Positions 28,478-42,236 of a stretch of DNA of 64,000 nt are shown in pieces (the first letter of the stretch is position 1; each line of letters starts with the position of its first letter). The notes beneath the pieces are model-generated. The model made no database searches, was not told where the DNA came from, and saw only the letters and a list, made by a program, of their open reading frames with translations. The translations under genes were made by a program, and so were the position numbers. The DNA is from Tubiluchus corallicola (taxonomy: Eukaryota; Animalia; Priapulida): contig JAQGDQ010000248.1 of the NCBI GenBank assembly GCA_030141605.1, forward strand, positions 1-64,000. The letters are read 5' to 3'.

Positions 28478-30541
28478 TGTACTGCTTGAACTTAGTCGAA
28501 AGCTTGAATGCAGTATGACAAAAAGAGGAGAAACATAGAATTCTCTTAAGAATAAATGATTTCTCACGAAAGTGAGTAATAGTTTAGCGACAGTTATTTT
28601 TACGCTAAAGCAAATAACATAATTTTTACAATTTTTATAATAAGACGTCGACACGACCAATTCAAGGCGAACTTATCGACAAAATTTGTAGCACTAATAC
28701 CCAAGTACTAACCCTTAAATTACTAACTAACTTGTGACACCATTAAGTACTAATCTCTAAGTTCCTGAGTAATAAGTACAAACATTTCTGCTATTTTTCT
28801 TTAGTTTCAGTTCGTTAATTTTATATTTTTCATATATCAGACAATATCAGATTTTCTTTTAAAATCAGCATTCCGTAAGCATGACAAACCTGTGAACTCC
28901 TGAAAACAATGAAGGCAGTGTTAGCATTGTTTTCACGTTCATTCCATTAAGAAAGGAGTTCCACAATTCCAACTCTACTGTTTAATGAGGTTGGCAACAT
29001 AAACACAAAAAACTGTGGCATAATAAATTCTTATTCTTCAGTCTGTAAAGCCAGTAAAGATCAGCAGGTGATGACTTGAAAAATTTTGCAGCTACCCATT
29101 GTTGTGAAACATCTCTTGCAATAATGTGGTTTTTGCTTGCCCATAGATGCGATTCCAAGTCTTGAACATTAAGTTTGCTAAACTTTCTCTTGCTTTTCAT
29201 TGAAACATGCGGATTTTGAATATTCTACCCAAACAATTCTGGTCAAACTTCGCCAAGCGTTTGTGACTCACTCGTCTAGTCAATAACAATATACTTAATC
29301 TCTCGTACCTTGGAAAAGCATTTGTTAACGACATCATAAAAGTGTCAACTTTACTTGTGAGTCAATCAGAGTATTAATTTCTTCTATACCTGAAGATTGA
29401 ACTTAATTAATTACCAGTAACATCTGACAACAATTTAATATCCTTACAAAACCGAACTAATACACATTTACACAAAATTGGTAATTGGATGAGAGCCAAC
29501 AAATTGTCGGTTAATTACTGTTAAGTTTATGTTAATTAGCACTAAACTGTCACCACAAGATCATGCAGCCCTTAAAATTAAAATGTGTATTAAGCCTATA
29601 ATACAAAATTAATCTATTATCTCATAGTCACCAAAAATATGATATTTTGTAATTGTTTATGATAATATTTCCTGATGTAAAAATTGTTTATTTATACTGC
29701 AATGGCCCGTGCATATAGGGGCAGACTATAGGGGCCAATTAATGGTAGTCGCTGTTAAGTTCGATCAGTTCCTTGGCCGAGCTGGGAGTACTAACCGACT
29801 GCCCACTAAAGGAAACAGACAGTAGCTGAGCGAAGGCAGACTCTACGGGGCTCTATTTAAATAGCATGGATTCTTTTGTGGTGTGATGGATGAAAAACAG
29901 GCTTTTTATCTATACCTCAAAAATCAAACTGTAACCAGTCGAATAAGTAACAAAATATTAAGTTTAATGACACAATAAGAACATCAACAGTCGTGAAATT
30001 TAGCTATTTGCAAACAATGGAAATTAGTAATAAGCAAAAGTGAATCCGAAAACGCTACTATGGCATGAAGTAAATGCAGTGACAAAAACATACAAAAATC
30101 ATACAGTGTTCCTGACTACTTAAAGGATTCCTACTTAGACTACCAGCCACCCCTAAACGCGTATGCTAGCGTAATATCTTCTCCAGACGGACGTAGTTTG
30201 TAGTCATAGTCCTTTAGAACGACTAAAGTATGGTTCAGACTTCATCTAATGGGTTCACGACCCCCACAGTAACGACCTAAAAAGTCTGAGAGAAACATAG
30301 TTAAAGTAATAGTAAGTATTACAAATGTATTTAAGTAATAATTTATCGTCAGTTTGCACAATTTTCAAACTGCTACCCAACAATTAGAATTTTTGAATTC
30401 GTGTAACAGTGAACAATGCAATTCTAAAATATGAATATTGAAATTTCAATAACGATTATTGTTGATTTCTATCCTCTTTGTTGACAGATACTAAGCGTAA
30501 TTATTATGCTATAGTTGAAAGTAAACAACCACGAATGGCTC

Positions 30542-33500
30542 ATGGCTCATAATATAGCAACTGCGTTCGTCTTATACTGCACCTCATGGCTTGTCTTTGT
30601 TACTAGTGAATCAAGAGACAAGACCTCTGGAAGTCTAAAGTATAATGCAGCGTTAAATTCGAAAAACGAAGAAGAACCATATTTCAGCTCTACTCAAAGT
30701 TCTCTTAATAAAGGTAGTCTAAAAGCCTAAACAAGAATTACCAGATTATATAATCATATTTACATCAGCTGAAACAAAATGCATTAACTGCTCTGTAAGA
30801 GTTAGAATGGCGTTTTTCATCAGGTTTGTAATAAATCACATTTTCTCGTATTCATCTTCTGTAATTGCTCTGTGATAAAAGAGTCTTAATAACTAATAAA
30901 TTTTTAGTAAAAGCATTTCCGTAGTTTTTGGTAATGATAATGCAAGTTCATTTTTGCAGGACAGATTTCACCAGAATCAAGGATTGTTGGTGGAGAGGAT
31001 GTCGTTGGCAGAGAATTTCCCTTCATGGTATAATTTTTGTTGTTTAAACTAAGTTTCATAAGTAAGCCTCTATTAATGGGCACAAAGTAAGTGAAAAGAT
31101 ACCTGACGCTTTCTATACTTATACGAACGACACATGCAGTGCCATCATTTGACTAGATCTGCATCTTTAACGAGTATAAGATCTCTTTCATTTAATAATA
31201 ATAATATGGTGTATGTCTTGAGGCGGAATAAGGTTTTGTAATCTTTTGCTGGGACCGAGCCAGGTTTTGATAGATGGAGAACCTCAGTAAAGGCAATCCT
31301 GGTGGAAGTAGGTAAGCTTCCAACGAGGACATTAAACCAATCGTCTTCATGGATAATAACAGTGACAGGATAGACTCCAAAAACTAGAGAAGCAATCAAA
31401 TAAAATATTGTTTATTGTACTAATGTTACTATAACCTAGCAAACCCGTACAAAACATTTGTGACATTGTTACATATGGGCCTATTTTACCCGATAAACAA
31501 GGTTGTTGTCGTTCTCGTCTCTGTCACTGCCATCATCGTCATTGTGACCACTGGCGGTACAACAGCTTTTAGTCCAAAAATGTTACTTATCACACCATTG
31601 TTTTACTCGTTGTTATGATACCCATGATACCCTTCGTTATCGATGTCCTTACTTACTTCATTATCATTATAATTCTTACTTCCTGCCAAACGAATCAGGC
31701 TACTGACATATCTGAAAATTAGTTTTACGTAAGTTGGCCAACATCAAAAGCGCCGTAGACCATCTCGCCATCTGGCGACTAACGTAATAGTGATATTAAA
31801 AATTAGTACATTGTATTTTTTAAGGTTACACTTGGTTATGAAGCAAGATTTATTTGTGGAGGAACAGTCCTCAACGAGCGATGGGTATTGACAGCAGCTC
31901 ATTGTCTGCTTGGGTAAGTAAATCATTTTTGACAACATCCTGTTACAACAGGAGGGCGTAGTACAATGCGACTATAATCAGCAACTCATTGTTGTGTGTT
32001 TGAGTAAGTACTTTTGACAGCACGTTGTACAACACGTTGCACAGGGCACCTAGTAGGATACTAACTGTCGGTGTTCTAAGGTATGAATCACATTTCAAAC
32101 ACTGTGATTCACCATGAAAAACAACCAGAGCTTGTGCACTTATTGTCCTCAGACCTTTTGTCATTGCGATATTTGAAAGATTAATTGGAAAAGAAAATTC
32201 TGAATATAATTTAAAATGCCTGCCCCCAACTGGCAAAATGTCACTAAACCATGATCCCAGTGGGCACTTATAGTTTATCAAAAACCCTTCGTTGATCTTA
32301 TTGACAATAATATAAAGTAATTTAAATATAACGAATAATGTGCTACAAACGCTCTGGTTATGTTTTCTACTTTACGCAATAATATTACAAGTTTTATAAA
32401 GCGTTGCAGCCAATGAAAGTCCTACTTGCAATAAGACAGCATGTAAGTGATACAAATATTCAAACTTTTTATGCTCTACTTATGAAAAGCGTTCTTTTGT
32501 CTTACAAAGCTCCAAGCCTGGCCAAGATAAATTTAGTCTTATCTAATTAAGCTAACCAATACAAGGATAAGGATATTGCCAAGTAAAGTAAATTAAATTT
32601 TGCTTAAAATCAAATCAATCAATCAATAAATAAACAAATACATAAATAGATCAATATTAAGTGCAGTAAACAGTTCAGCATTATTTTCTAGTCAAACAAC
32701 AGGTCCACACTTTGAAGTTTACATGGTAAGCAACATTTATGACGACCCAAAGGTGTGGCGCTTTGTAAGTTTACACGAAGTTTTTTAAATTTATTTACAT
32801 GCGTTCATATTTACATAAAGTTTTTATGTTTATAATTATTATAGTTGCATAGTTACGTATGTGTAATTCTTGTGGTTACAAATATGGTTATTGAAGCTAC
32901 TGTTTAGTAACTTTATACGGCTGCTCTTTCGAAATGTACATGATCATTTGACTTAGTTGGTTATACAAAATCAATTCAATAGATCTTGCTAGTAAAACGA
33001 AAATCCGTAATAACTTCATGCATATTTTGTTTAATTAGTCTGGAATGCGAAGCATTGACTTAATGAGTTTTTCCGAACAACTGCCTGTACATGTCGTTGA
33101 GAACATCATTTAGCGATGCCATGAAATCCATTTCACGAATATTTAGAACTCCGTTCGGCATTGCAATGAAATCAGTTTTATAGTAAAAATTTACAATACG
33201 AAGTTACTTCATAATGACACCATGTGTATAAAAACTTGCTAAAAACGCGTTACATGAACAACAACTACGAGAACGAGACCGGCTTCACGACGAAAAAGAT
33301 CTGTGTATAAGGTTACATAACAATCGAGTAATCCACAACTTCATTAGCCGTTTTGATTAGAAACTTATTTAGATCTGCTGTGCATAATAACAGTGATAAG
33401 GAGATCCACTTCATTGTTTGTCCCGGGTCACTTGAATAAATTTCTATGAAAGAGTCCGAAGATCTTCATTTTTACATGTGAAAAATATCTAGCAGATAAT

Positions 33501-35633
33501 ACTGGTTTGTAGATCTGTGGAAGAAATATCCGAAAGTAATATCACCAATTATAAGTAATTTAGAGTGTCTTTCAGCAACTATAACAGATGCTACAACAAT
33601 ATGAAACAAACAAGCAAGAAAACGAATAGATAAATAAGAAAGCAAGCTAACAAACAAACACACTGCCTAAGACATGCGAATGAATTTACACTGACGCATA
33701 ATCTTAATAGCCGGCCAAGACGCCAATAAAGAGTCGTTATTGCAGAAATTATGAAGCAAGAGCGCATGCGCCATAACTTTTGATAGTGATGAGGTGACAT
33801 GAGTCGAACTGTTCTCGCAAACTGCGTTCATAATGAAGTTTAATAAACAATAAATATATCAAAAACTTTATCAATTTTGGTATGTCGGTCCAGTACGAGC
33901 TTCGTCAAGTAGTGCCGAAGCCCAGGAGAAAATGGCGGTTATGATTCAATTGTCAATGCAGAGTTGTGAATAAAAAAACACAGTTTAATTTTGATTTTTG
34001 TGATCGTTAATGCTCTTTGAGTGTTCTGCAAAATTATGGAAACTGTCACACATTTAAATAAACTTTCCTGAATTGTGAAACTAATTGTTCCATTCCTTGA
34101 ATTAACAACTAATTGTCCCTTGTCTTGAATTAACAACTAATTGTCCTTAATCTTGAATCAATTTTAGGTCGGCTAATTAATGGTGTTCTGCCCAGACGTA
34201 GTCTTTATTTTGGTACCCCATGTGTCGCTGCTTTTGCCCAAGATATCCAAGTAACTGCTGCATTCACGCATGAGGTTGCCACACCGTCATGAACCAAAGT
34301 CAGGCGTCAAGAGCTAGGAAGCTCCCCCAGTGGAACCCGGGAGGGGGAGCACCAGTTTTTATAAGTTTTTTCAAAAACTAAAATCAAGAAATTCAAACTA
34401 AAAAGTAGTGAAAAATCTTGATTTTAGACTCCAAAATGCCCTAAATGTCTAAAACTTACAAAAGTGCAAGCAGTGTACATCAGTTTCTGGAGTTTCTTCC
34501 CTGTCACATTACTCACATTTTTTAGGCTTCTGGGATGGGATCAGCTTAGCAATTAAATTATTAAGCACTTTATGTGCTGTGAATTAAAGCTAAAGCAGGC
34601 CTAATCAGGGGTGGTGGCAACCCTATTCACACTTGATACATTATAATGCCTTATGTGAACTTAATTAGCTTTCGTATTGTTGCTTTGTGCAGGTGGATGC
34701 TATCAAGGTGCATCCTGACTATGCGAAAAACGAGACCAGAAGTTTTAAAAATGACATTGGCCTCATTAGAATGAACAGTCCCATCGAGTTTGATAAAGAC
34801 GTTCAACCTACGTTACTACCACGTTGTCATGAGAATCACTACAGCAATGAAACAGTTGTAATAGTAGGATGGGGCAGTCGAGTTCCAGGTAATTTACTGG
34901 TTAATGAAAGAAGAAAAGAATATTTCGACTATATGGGATAGCTAGTTTTATGACTGCTTGTTGTCAGTAGTCGCCATTTATGCATGAAATAGTTCCCCCC
35001 ATTAAGGATAATTTTAATGTGTCACAGGAAGCCAAAAAGATGTTATCTTTTCTCTCATTTTTGTTGCTTTTCACAAATTTATGTTCGTTCCATAAATGCA
35101 ATATTAGAAAGGTGTCTGGAATTGCAGAAGTTATAGTTATGCATAATTTAGAATGTTTGGTGTAGCATGTTTATTTAATTTTTTGAAAGGCCTGCTAATT
35201 TGTGATTAATGGATAAAATATTTCAGCAGATTTTTATCAAGAAAGTTGTGCCAGAACATCTTTTGCTTTAAGAAACGATTTTTGTCGCATTTTTTGAACG
35301 TCTTGCAAAGTTGCACAATTTCTGTTACAGAATTAGGCTGTACGGATATAAAATCTCACCTTTGAGAAATAACAATTTGTAGTTAATTCTTAGATAAAAA
35401 CTCACATTGCTTATTACGTAACCCCAAACAGCTAGCCCGTGAAATATTTTAAAATAATTAACGAGTCTGTTCGTTTAAAACAATTAAAGCTATTTACGAG
35501 TCTATAATCCTGATCTTCAGTCCTAACGAGCTGCTGCCTGCCGGTCGTGTGCCAACTCATCTACTGCCTTGGGGAAAAAGGAAATAAGGAACCAACACAG
35601 CTAACTGACGCTTGTATAAATCTAATTCGTGCA

Positions 35634-35669
<36 letters not shown>

Positions 35670-36700
35670 TTCTTTTTTCAAAATTAGAGTCTGGTGATAC
35701 GCCAAAGAACTTACAAAAGGCGACATTGTCAATTAGCATTTTGGGGGACTGTCAATACTATGATGAGATTTTCACAATTTGCGCATATAAGCCAGGACGG
35801 AGCGCTTGTTCTGTAAGTGTAGTAAAACTACTTTGTTGAAAAAGTATTAATGGCAGCTAGCCCTATATAAATACTTCACTGCAAGGTTATAAGCAAATAT
35901 GATAGTACTTAAAAATTGAACACTGAATAAAATACAACAATGTTTACGAAAAAGCATTTATTAAAAATAAATAAAATTGACATTTAAACTATTTAATGTA
36001 AGACGAATGTCAAAAAAACTTTATACTCTGAAAAAGCTGATATCCTGGTTATAGACAGAAATCGAAAAACGTCTAAAATGGTTTGAAGTGAGCATCATCG
36101 AAAGAATCAACTGGTTTCATTGGAGGAGGTTTAACCCATTTCGGCACTTTCTCATCAAAATGACGTAAGACGAAAAATGTCTAATCTGGATATGTTATTC
36201 CAGAAATTTTCAATTTCTTTTAGCCAATAATTAGGCAATTATAGAATGTTTTGAGATTTTGTTCATTATTACGTGACATTTGAATTATATGTTTATATAT
36301 TATATATCTATAATAGAGTATTATTCGTTAAAACCAATAAAGAAACCAATAAATTAACTATTTCACAATGACGTGAACTTTGGCAATAACGTAGTTTATT
36401 TATTGTGTTTTATTACATTTTGTGCATTCACAGGGTGACTCAGGTGGTCCATTGATACTGAAAGCAACAGGAGAACAAATTGGAGTTATGACTAATGCTA
36501 GGTGCGATGCTTTCACTCTGTGTGTAAAAGTTTCTTATTATCTAGACTGGATTGAGGACGCACAGTTTTATTATGAAAGTTCAAGGGTTAGGCCAAGTCT
36601 GTATGGTGCAGCTTCAAAATGTTACCTGACTTTATTTACAATAATTACCGTTGTAGCATCTGTACGTTTCGGTTTGTGGGCAGGTACAGAGTTAAAATAA
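30542..36700 (+). CDS. S1A serine protease, copy 3; 7 exons, ~329 aa
   Basis: Exons 30542-30713, 30960-31027, 31825-31913, 32692-32764, 34693-34888, 35688-35812, 36434-36700. Motifs R|IVGG, TAAHC, NDIGLI, SACSGDSGGP; exon 7 has a 9-nt in-frame deletion relative to copy 1. Confidence 0.92.
35636..35667. repeat. (TA)n microsatellite just upstream of the protease copy 3 exon 6 acceptor
   Basis: About 16 TA units; shorter at ~17995-18007 and absent in copy 1. Confidence 0.9.
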
Positions 36701-39044
36701 AGCTATTCCACATATTAAATTGGCTATGTAAATTTATGTTGCAATAATTGCAATGTTCACTGGCAAATCTCTGTTTTCAAAATCTCTTCAAAATAGTTCT
36801 AAACCATCCATTGAGGTATGTGTGTACCTTGATTATCGTACTCCCGTTTGCATTAGCAGAATTTCCAAACAAACAATGAGTGATTTCAATGATAAATTTA
36901 CTGTTAACCTTACTACCAGTGATGTAACGGTTTTATTTTTGAATTAAAAGGAGACATACAGATGTATTTTTCATATTTAAATTCATTGTATCCTGATGAG
37001 CCTGTATCCCAAGAAGAAATTGATGGCAATTTTTTATTGTGTTTGAGGTCTAAGAAGCGGTATTTTTAATAACTACCTTCTTCGTTCAGGAAGCCAATTA
37101 ATGTTGAAGTAAAAAAGAAGTAAAAATAAGTGAGGTATAATCCTTGAAACGATATTTCCAATGGCAGGGCAGAAGTACCTATCAAGCGAAAGATCTCAAT
37201 ATACAGTTTTGACGGAACATCATATAAAAAACGTCCTCGTGGGTATGGGTGAGGCCTTGGAGAGAAATGTATAACTCCATAAAGAGGAGAGCTTGGGCTA
37301 CACAACGATGTGGGTCTCAGAGGCGCCTCGTTACTAAAATTAGTGGGGGTGCTACTTCAGAAAATTTTTAGCCGTAGTTTTAATGTTGTGTAAAACGAAA
37401 CAAACATACGTAATTTTAATGTTGTAATTTTAATTTAGACATAAACTTGATGAAATCCTTAATAAAAATTATTTTTGCTTACTAATAGCCTAGATTGTCG
37501 CAGTTCAAGTGCGTGCAATTTCCCTACGACATTTAAGCCTATGTATATTAGGCCTATATATTAAGAAAATCAAACTGCATTCACGTTCCAAGGAACAGAC
37601 TAACTTTACTGACAAAACGTAGGCCTACATTTATCAGTGTTGTATTTTCAGCATAAATATTATCCATATATAATGTCACATCTATGTATATTAAGCCAGC
37701 TGAAGAAATGATTGAACGATTGATTAACTCAACGTTAAACAATGTTTAAACCTTACTGTAAGTTCAAATAAAATTTAAACTCAATGTGTGTTTCTGAGAT
37801 ATTTTTTTATTTGATTTATTTTATCAGTAATATTTATCTAATTTTCATACATAAAATTTGTTATTTTTGTATTATGGATTGTACATGTATTTAGTCTATA
37901 CTTTCAATAATATCAAAAGGAAACATTTATTACTGGAACATGAGGTTCGTGTTTTTTTCTCTTCTTACATTTGCTAATATGTTCTTCATTCATACTGATA
38001 TGAGTATCAAAGACACCTAAAGCAGCTTCGGGATTACAAGAGTAAGTTGTAACTCACAGAATGGCTTCTTGACTTCTTCGTCAGTCCAACAAGTTTATTT
38101 ATGAACATTTCTTTGGTTCTTTATTAGCAATACAGGCACACAACACAGTAGCGATACAATTCACTGGTTTAGCGCCTGCAGATTATCTGTGAACAGTTAG
38201 TAAAAGGGTTCCTCTGTTCACTAAAAATTTGTCTTTAGTCTTTCCTGCAAGCACTTGCCTAGCTTCAGTGTATTCAACTGACATCCTGGTACAGATGTTA
38301 GAACTTATAAAGAAGTTACAAACTCAGTAATGTTCAAGTTCTGCTTTTCAATGGAAGTAAACTGCCGGCAAAGAATGCATAAAATACGGGTTAGTCAAAT
38401 AAATTATTTAATAAAAGCTCAAGTGGGCACGCTCACACTTTACAATATTAACAGTGATACTGTTATATGGATAATATTGACAACAATACTGTGCAATATT
38501 GAATGGTGCGCAATATTAATGGACCTTTGTAGACGATATTGAAGATTGGGCAATATTGCATTCATGTATCGCGTGTGGTGGAAGAAAACAGTCGAGTAAT
38601 ATTACTGTCAATGTTACTCTGGAATATTGACCTATTATAGATTGCCGATATTATTATTGTGTATACTTCCTTTAAAGATACAACATATTTGAAAATATTG
38701 CTAAATTATTTCATTTTTTAACTCTTCATTCGTTTATTTTTGTTTATTTTTCAAGATTCCGGAAAAATCATTTGACAAAGACATTATAATGCGCACGTTA
38801 ATCAAACTGAGTTAAGTATCTAATTATGGAACTCTTCTCTCGCTCGTACTATTAGCTGCCACATCTGACAACGCCTAATATTTATTTAATTTGATCCAAT
38901 TATTTCCTTCACCTTTCATATTTCTCACCTTTTCTCAACTTTCTCCACGTCACCTCACACGAATACTACACTTTTCCTACATTTCATTTTGCAAGCTGTA
39001 CAACTGTATAAGAGTGGAAGCATCCACAAATGTTAGCCATATAC

Positions 39045-42000
39045 TTATAGGCCTACAGTGAGAAAAAGTCCAAATAAACAGAGGCAAGCATTCAGAATTT
39101 TTAAAACTTGAACAGCGCTAGAGTGAATGAGAGGAAGTTGATTGGCTGGATTCTCAGGATCACAAAATAGCGACAGTGGCATTTCGTCCGTGTCATGTCT
39201 ATAATTTGGTACTTCACAATCAAATACTGAAGCAACCCACCATTCTGACTTCAACCATTTCATGCTACAGTTACAGTGCAGGGGGCTAGCTGAAAAATGT
39301 GAAATTAAACGTTCAAGTAGTTTATTTCTTCATCAACAATGCGCAAAACATTTAATTTGCAAAATTTCAGCATTACTTTCTGACTTTTTATGACCACCTC
39401 TCAAGTTCTGTCAACATATTGACTAATGACGACTAAATAAATAGAGATTGTGACGCCGGGCTTTACTTTCTTAGTGGTCCTCTGTTCTTTATTTAAACCA
39501 GTATTACTTCAACAATTCCCAAACGAGTACTCCTAGCCGAGCAGTGAGGTAGTAGTATACAGATGTTAGTAGTTTAGAAACTGAATCAGTTTCTCATAGG
39601 TACCTTTACAGGGCGTACCTAGAGGCGAAAGATGTGGGTTCGAAACACGAGTGGGATCTTAAGTATCGGTCTTGAGTTGCTGTTATTGTGTTTAGCTAAC
39701 AAAGTGTGAACTATTCATAACAATTTTACTATTTAAATACTTCTTAAACGTTCACAAAAAACGCACTCCAAGATACATATTTTTGTGTATAAAGAAAGAT
39801 CAAAATTTAATGAACAAATTTGTGATGATCAAAAGATAATTTTCAAAATCAATCAGAGTGCTGCACTCCCTTTTGGTTTAAAATTAAAAGTATTTTCAAA
39901 GGCAGTCTCTCAGGCAACAAGATTATACTTAATCCCTAGAGCGTAGCTGTTTTTCAGTAAAGCATACCTAAATCATGTTATACTTTAAACAACAAACCTT
40001 TAAATTGTTGCAAAACTAACAAAATTATTAAGTGAAGAGTGACGCTAAAGACAGATGTGACATTCGATTTTCTTTTTTGTATGTTTGAGCGATTAAGCCT
40101 GCCTATTCATACTTACCTTTTAAATGTAGTAATATATCTGTGGGATATCGTCCTTGATGAAGTAATGGCTTTTGCATAAATTGAATATTTGTCTGGATGA
40201 AGATGATTGATGCAATTTTATAATTGTTGGATAGGTCCAGATCAGCATTTACTAACTGTTTACAATCCAAGATAATTATCTGTTTTACGTAATTCATTTC
40301 GTGAAAAGCTCTTGGATGAATCGTCCTTAACTTGTCATTGTGAGAAATCGTGATGCTTGATCTGATATGACCATATATAGCATTTTCTCCTATTTCTTCT
40401 AAATCAGTCTGCATGATAGTCAGTTCAAACACATCTTTTTTATCAAGAAATTTTGCAGGTAGGTCCCTCGACTTGTAATTCAAAATTTTCAGCGTCTGCA
40501 CACCGCATGGCAAGGCATTCCAAATCAAAATTAGTTTTGCCTTGAATAGTTGTGCTTCAAGCTCACCACATACGACATTGCATTCGCCAAGTGGAGACCA
40601 GGCCTTTGAATTCCAAGATCTACATTCTGCCATGGACACATAGCATGGATAATATGATATACTTATGGGCGTTACTGGATGCGGTGTTAATGTGCTTGTT
40701 GTTGTCTCACAATATGCAAGATGTGCTTCGGTAAGTGGTTTAGTTAAGCATGCTTCTTTGCAAAGGGGGAGGTAAGGAGGGAAAAAGAAACAGTCATATT
40801 TGTAACAATAGGAGCATTTAACTGTTGATTCTTTCCAATTCTTACGTTGTGCCCATGAAAGAGAGCAGTCACACGGAATAGAATTGCCTGAAAAAGTATT
40901 GCAATGTTGAAACCATAGATCAGACGTTCTTTTAGTTTAAACAACATTTTTATTTGATAAGAAAGCTAATTTACTTCGTTAAGCATTTCTTTAGATTATG
41001 TTTGAGCACCATCCATAATTGCAATAAGGTGTACAATCATAAAACTAATGCACATAATATTCAACGGATCTATTATTAGAACATATTGGAGTAAAACTGT
41101 TTTTAAACGCCATGTTTCTAAGAAGTGTTTAAATCCTATGATAAACCTCTGCGTAAAAAAATTTGAAGCTGCATATGTTTATCTTTAGCTGTAACGTATA
41201 TTGTTACCATTACCGTAGCTGTGGTTTACACTTGCTGGTTAGTTTCATAAAGCTCCACTTACCTGCTAATTCTAGGGATATAAATTTGGACGATATCGTC
41301 GGATGAAGCTTTGGCATATCCAGGTGCTCCAATCCTGTTTTTCTTATCTCAATTTTGCTTATCAATAGATTGTTAGACAAATCTAAATTTGCTGATTTTA
41401 GCTGTGGACAAGTGTGTATTATGATTCGTTCTACAGTGTTTACTCGTTCAAAAGCCCTGGGAGAGATCACTTTTAGCTTGCGGAGACGCTTTAACTTTAT
41501 AGCTTTATTAACGGCGCCATAAATTGATGCGTGGTCAAGTAGTTCTATCTCTGAATCCACAATTTCAAGCTCATCGACGTTCTTTCCAGTCAAGAAATTT
41601 CTCGGCAGTTCTCTGTCTTGATAGTTAGCAATGCAGAGGTATCGAGTCCAGTAAGGCAGTGAATTTAATATCAATGTCAGATCGACTGCATAAAGTTTTT
41701 CGTAATAGCCGCAAGCAACAAAACATCCCTTTCTATCATCAAGGATTTCTTCAATAATACAACGGGGATGTTCGATTCCACAGTTTGGCTTCATGCATCC
41801 AATAAATTCTCCAATTTGTATTTCGTTTATTGTGTGCTTCCTGGAAGGGGTTTCACAGTCAATCTGCGAGTTTTTCCAACCTTTTGTCTTTGTCCACATC
41901 ATACTGCAGTCACAGTAGAGTGGATTATCTGAAAGTGGATAATCATGGATAATGGTGCATTCAGACGTAGAGATGTAGAGTTCTCTCTCCCCCCTCTCTC

Positions 42001-42183
42001 CCCCTCTCTCTCTCCCCCCTCTCTCTCTCCCCCCTCTCTCTCTCCCCCTTCTCTCTCTCCTCTCTCTCCCCCCCTCTCTCTCTCTCCCTCTCTCCCTGTC
42101 CCCCCTCTCTCTCCCCTTCTCTCTCTCCCTCTTTTCCCCCTCTCTTCCTCTCTCCTATCTCTCTCTCTCTCCTCTTTCTCCCT

Positions 42184-42236
<53 letters not shown>

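Larger units (their letters stand above)
11999..29364. repeat. Tandem segmental unit 2 (protease plus LRR pseudogene), 17,366 bp
   Basis: Collinear with units 1 and 3. Confidence 0.9.
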
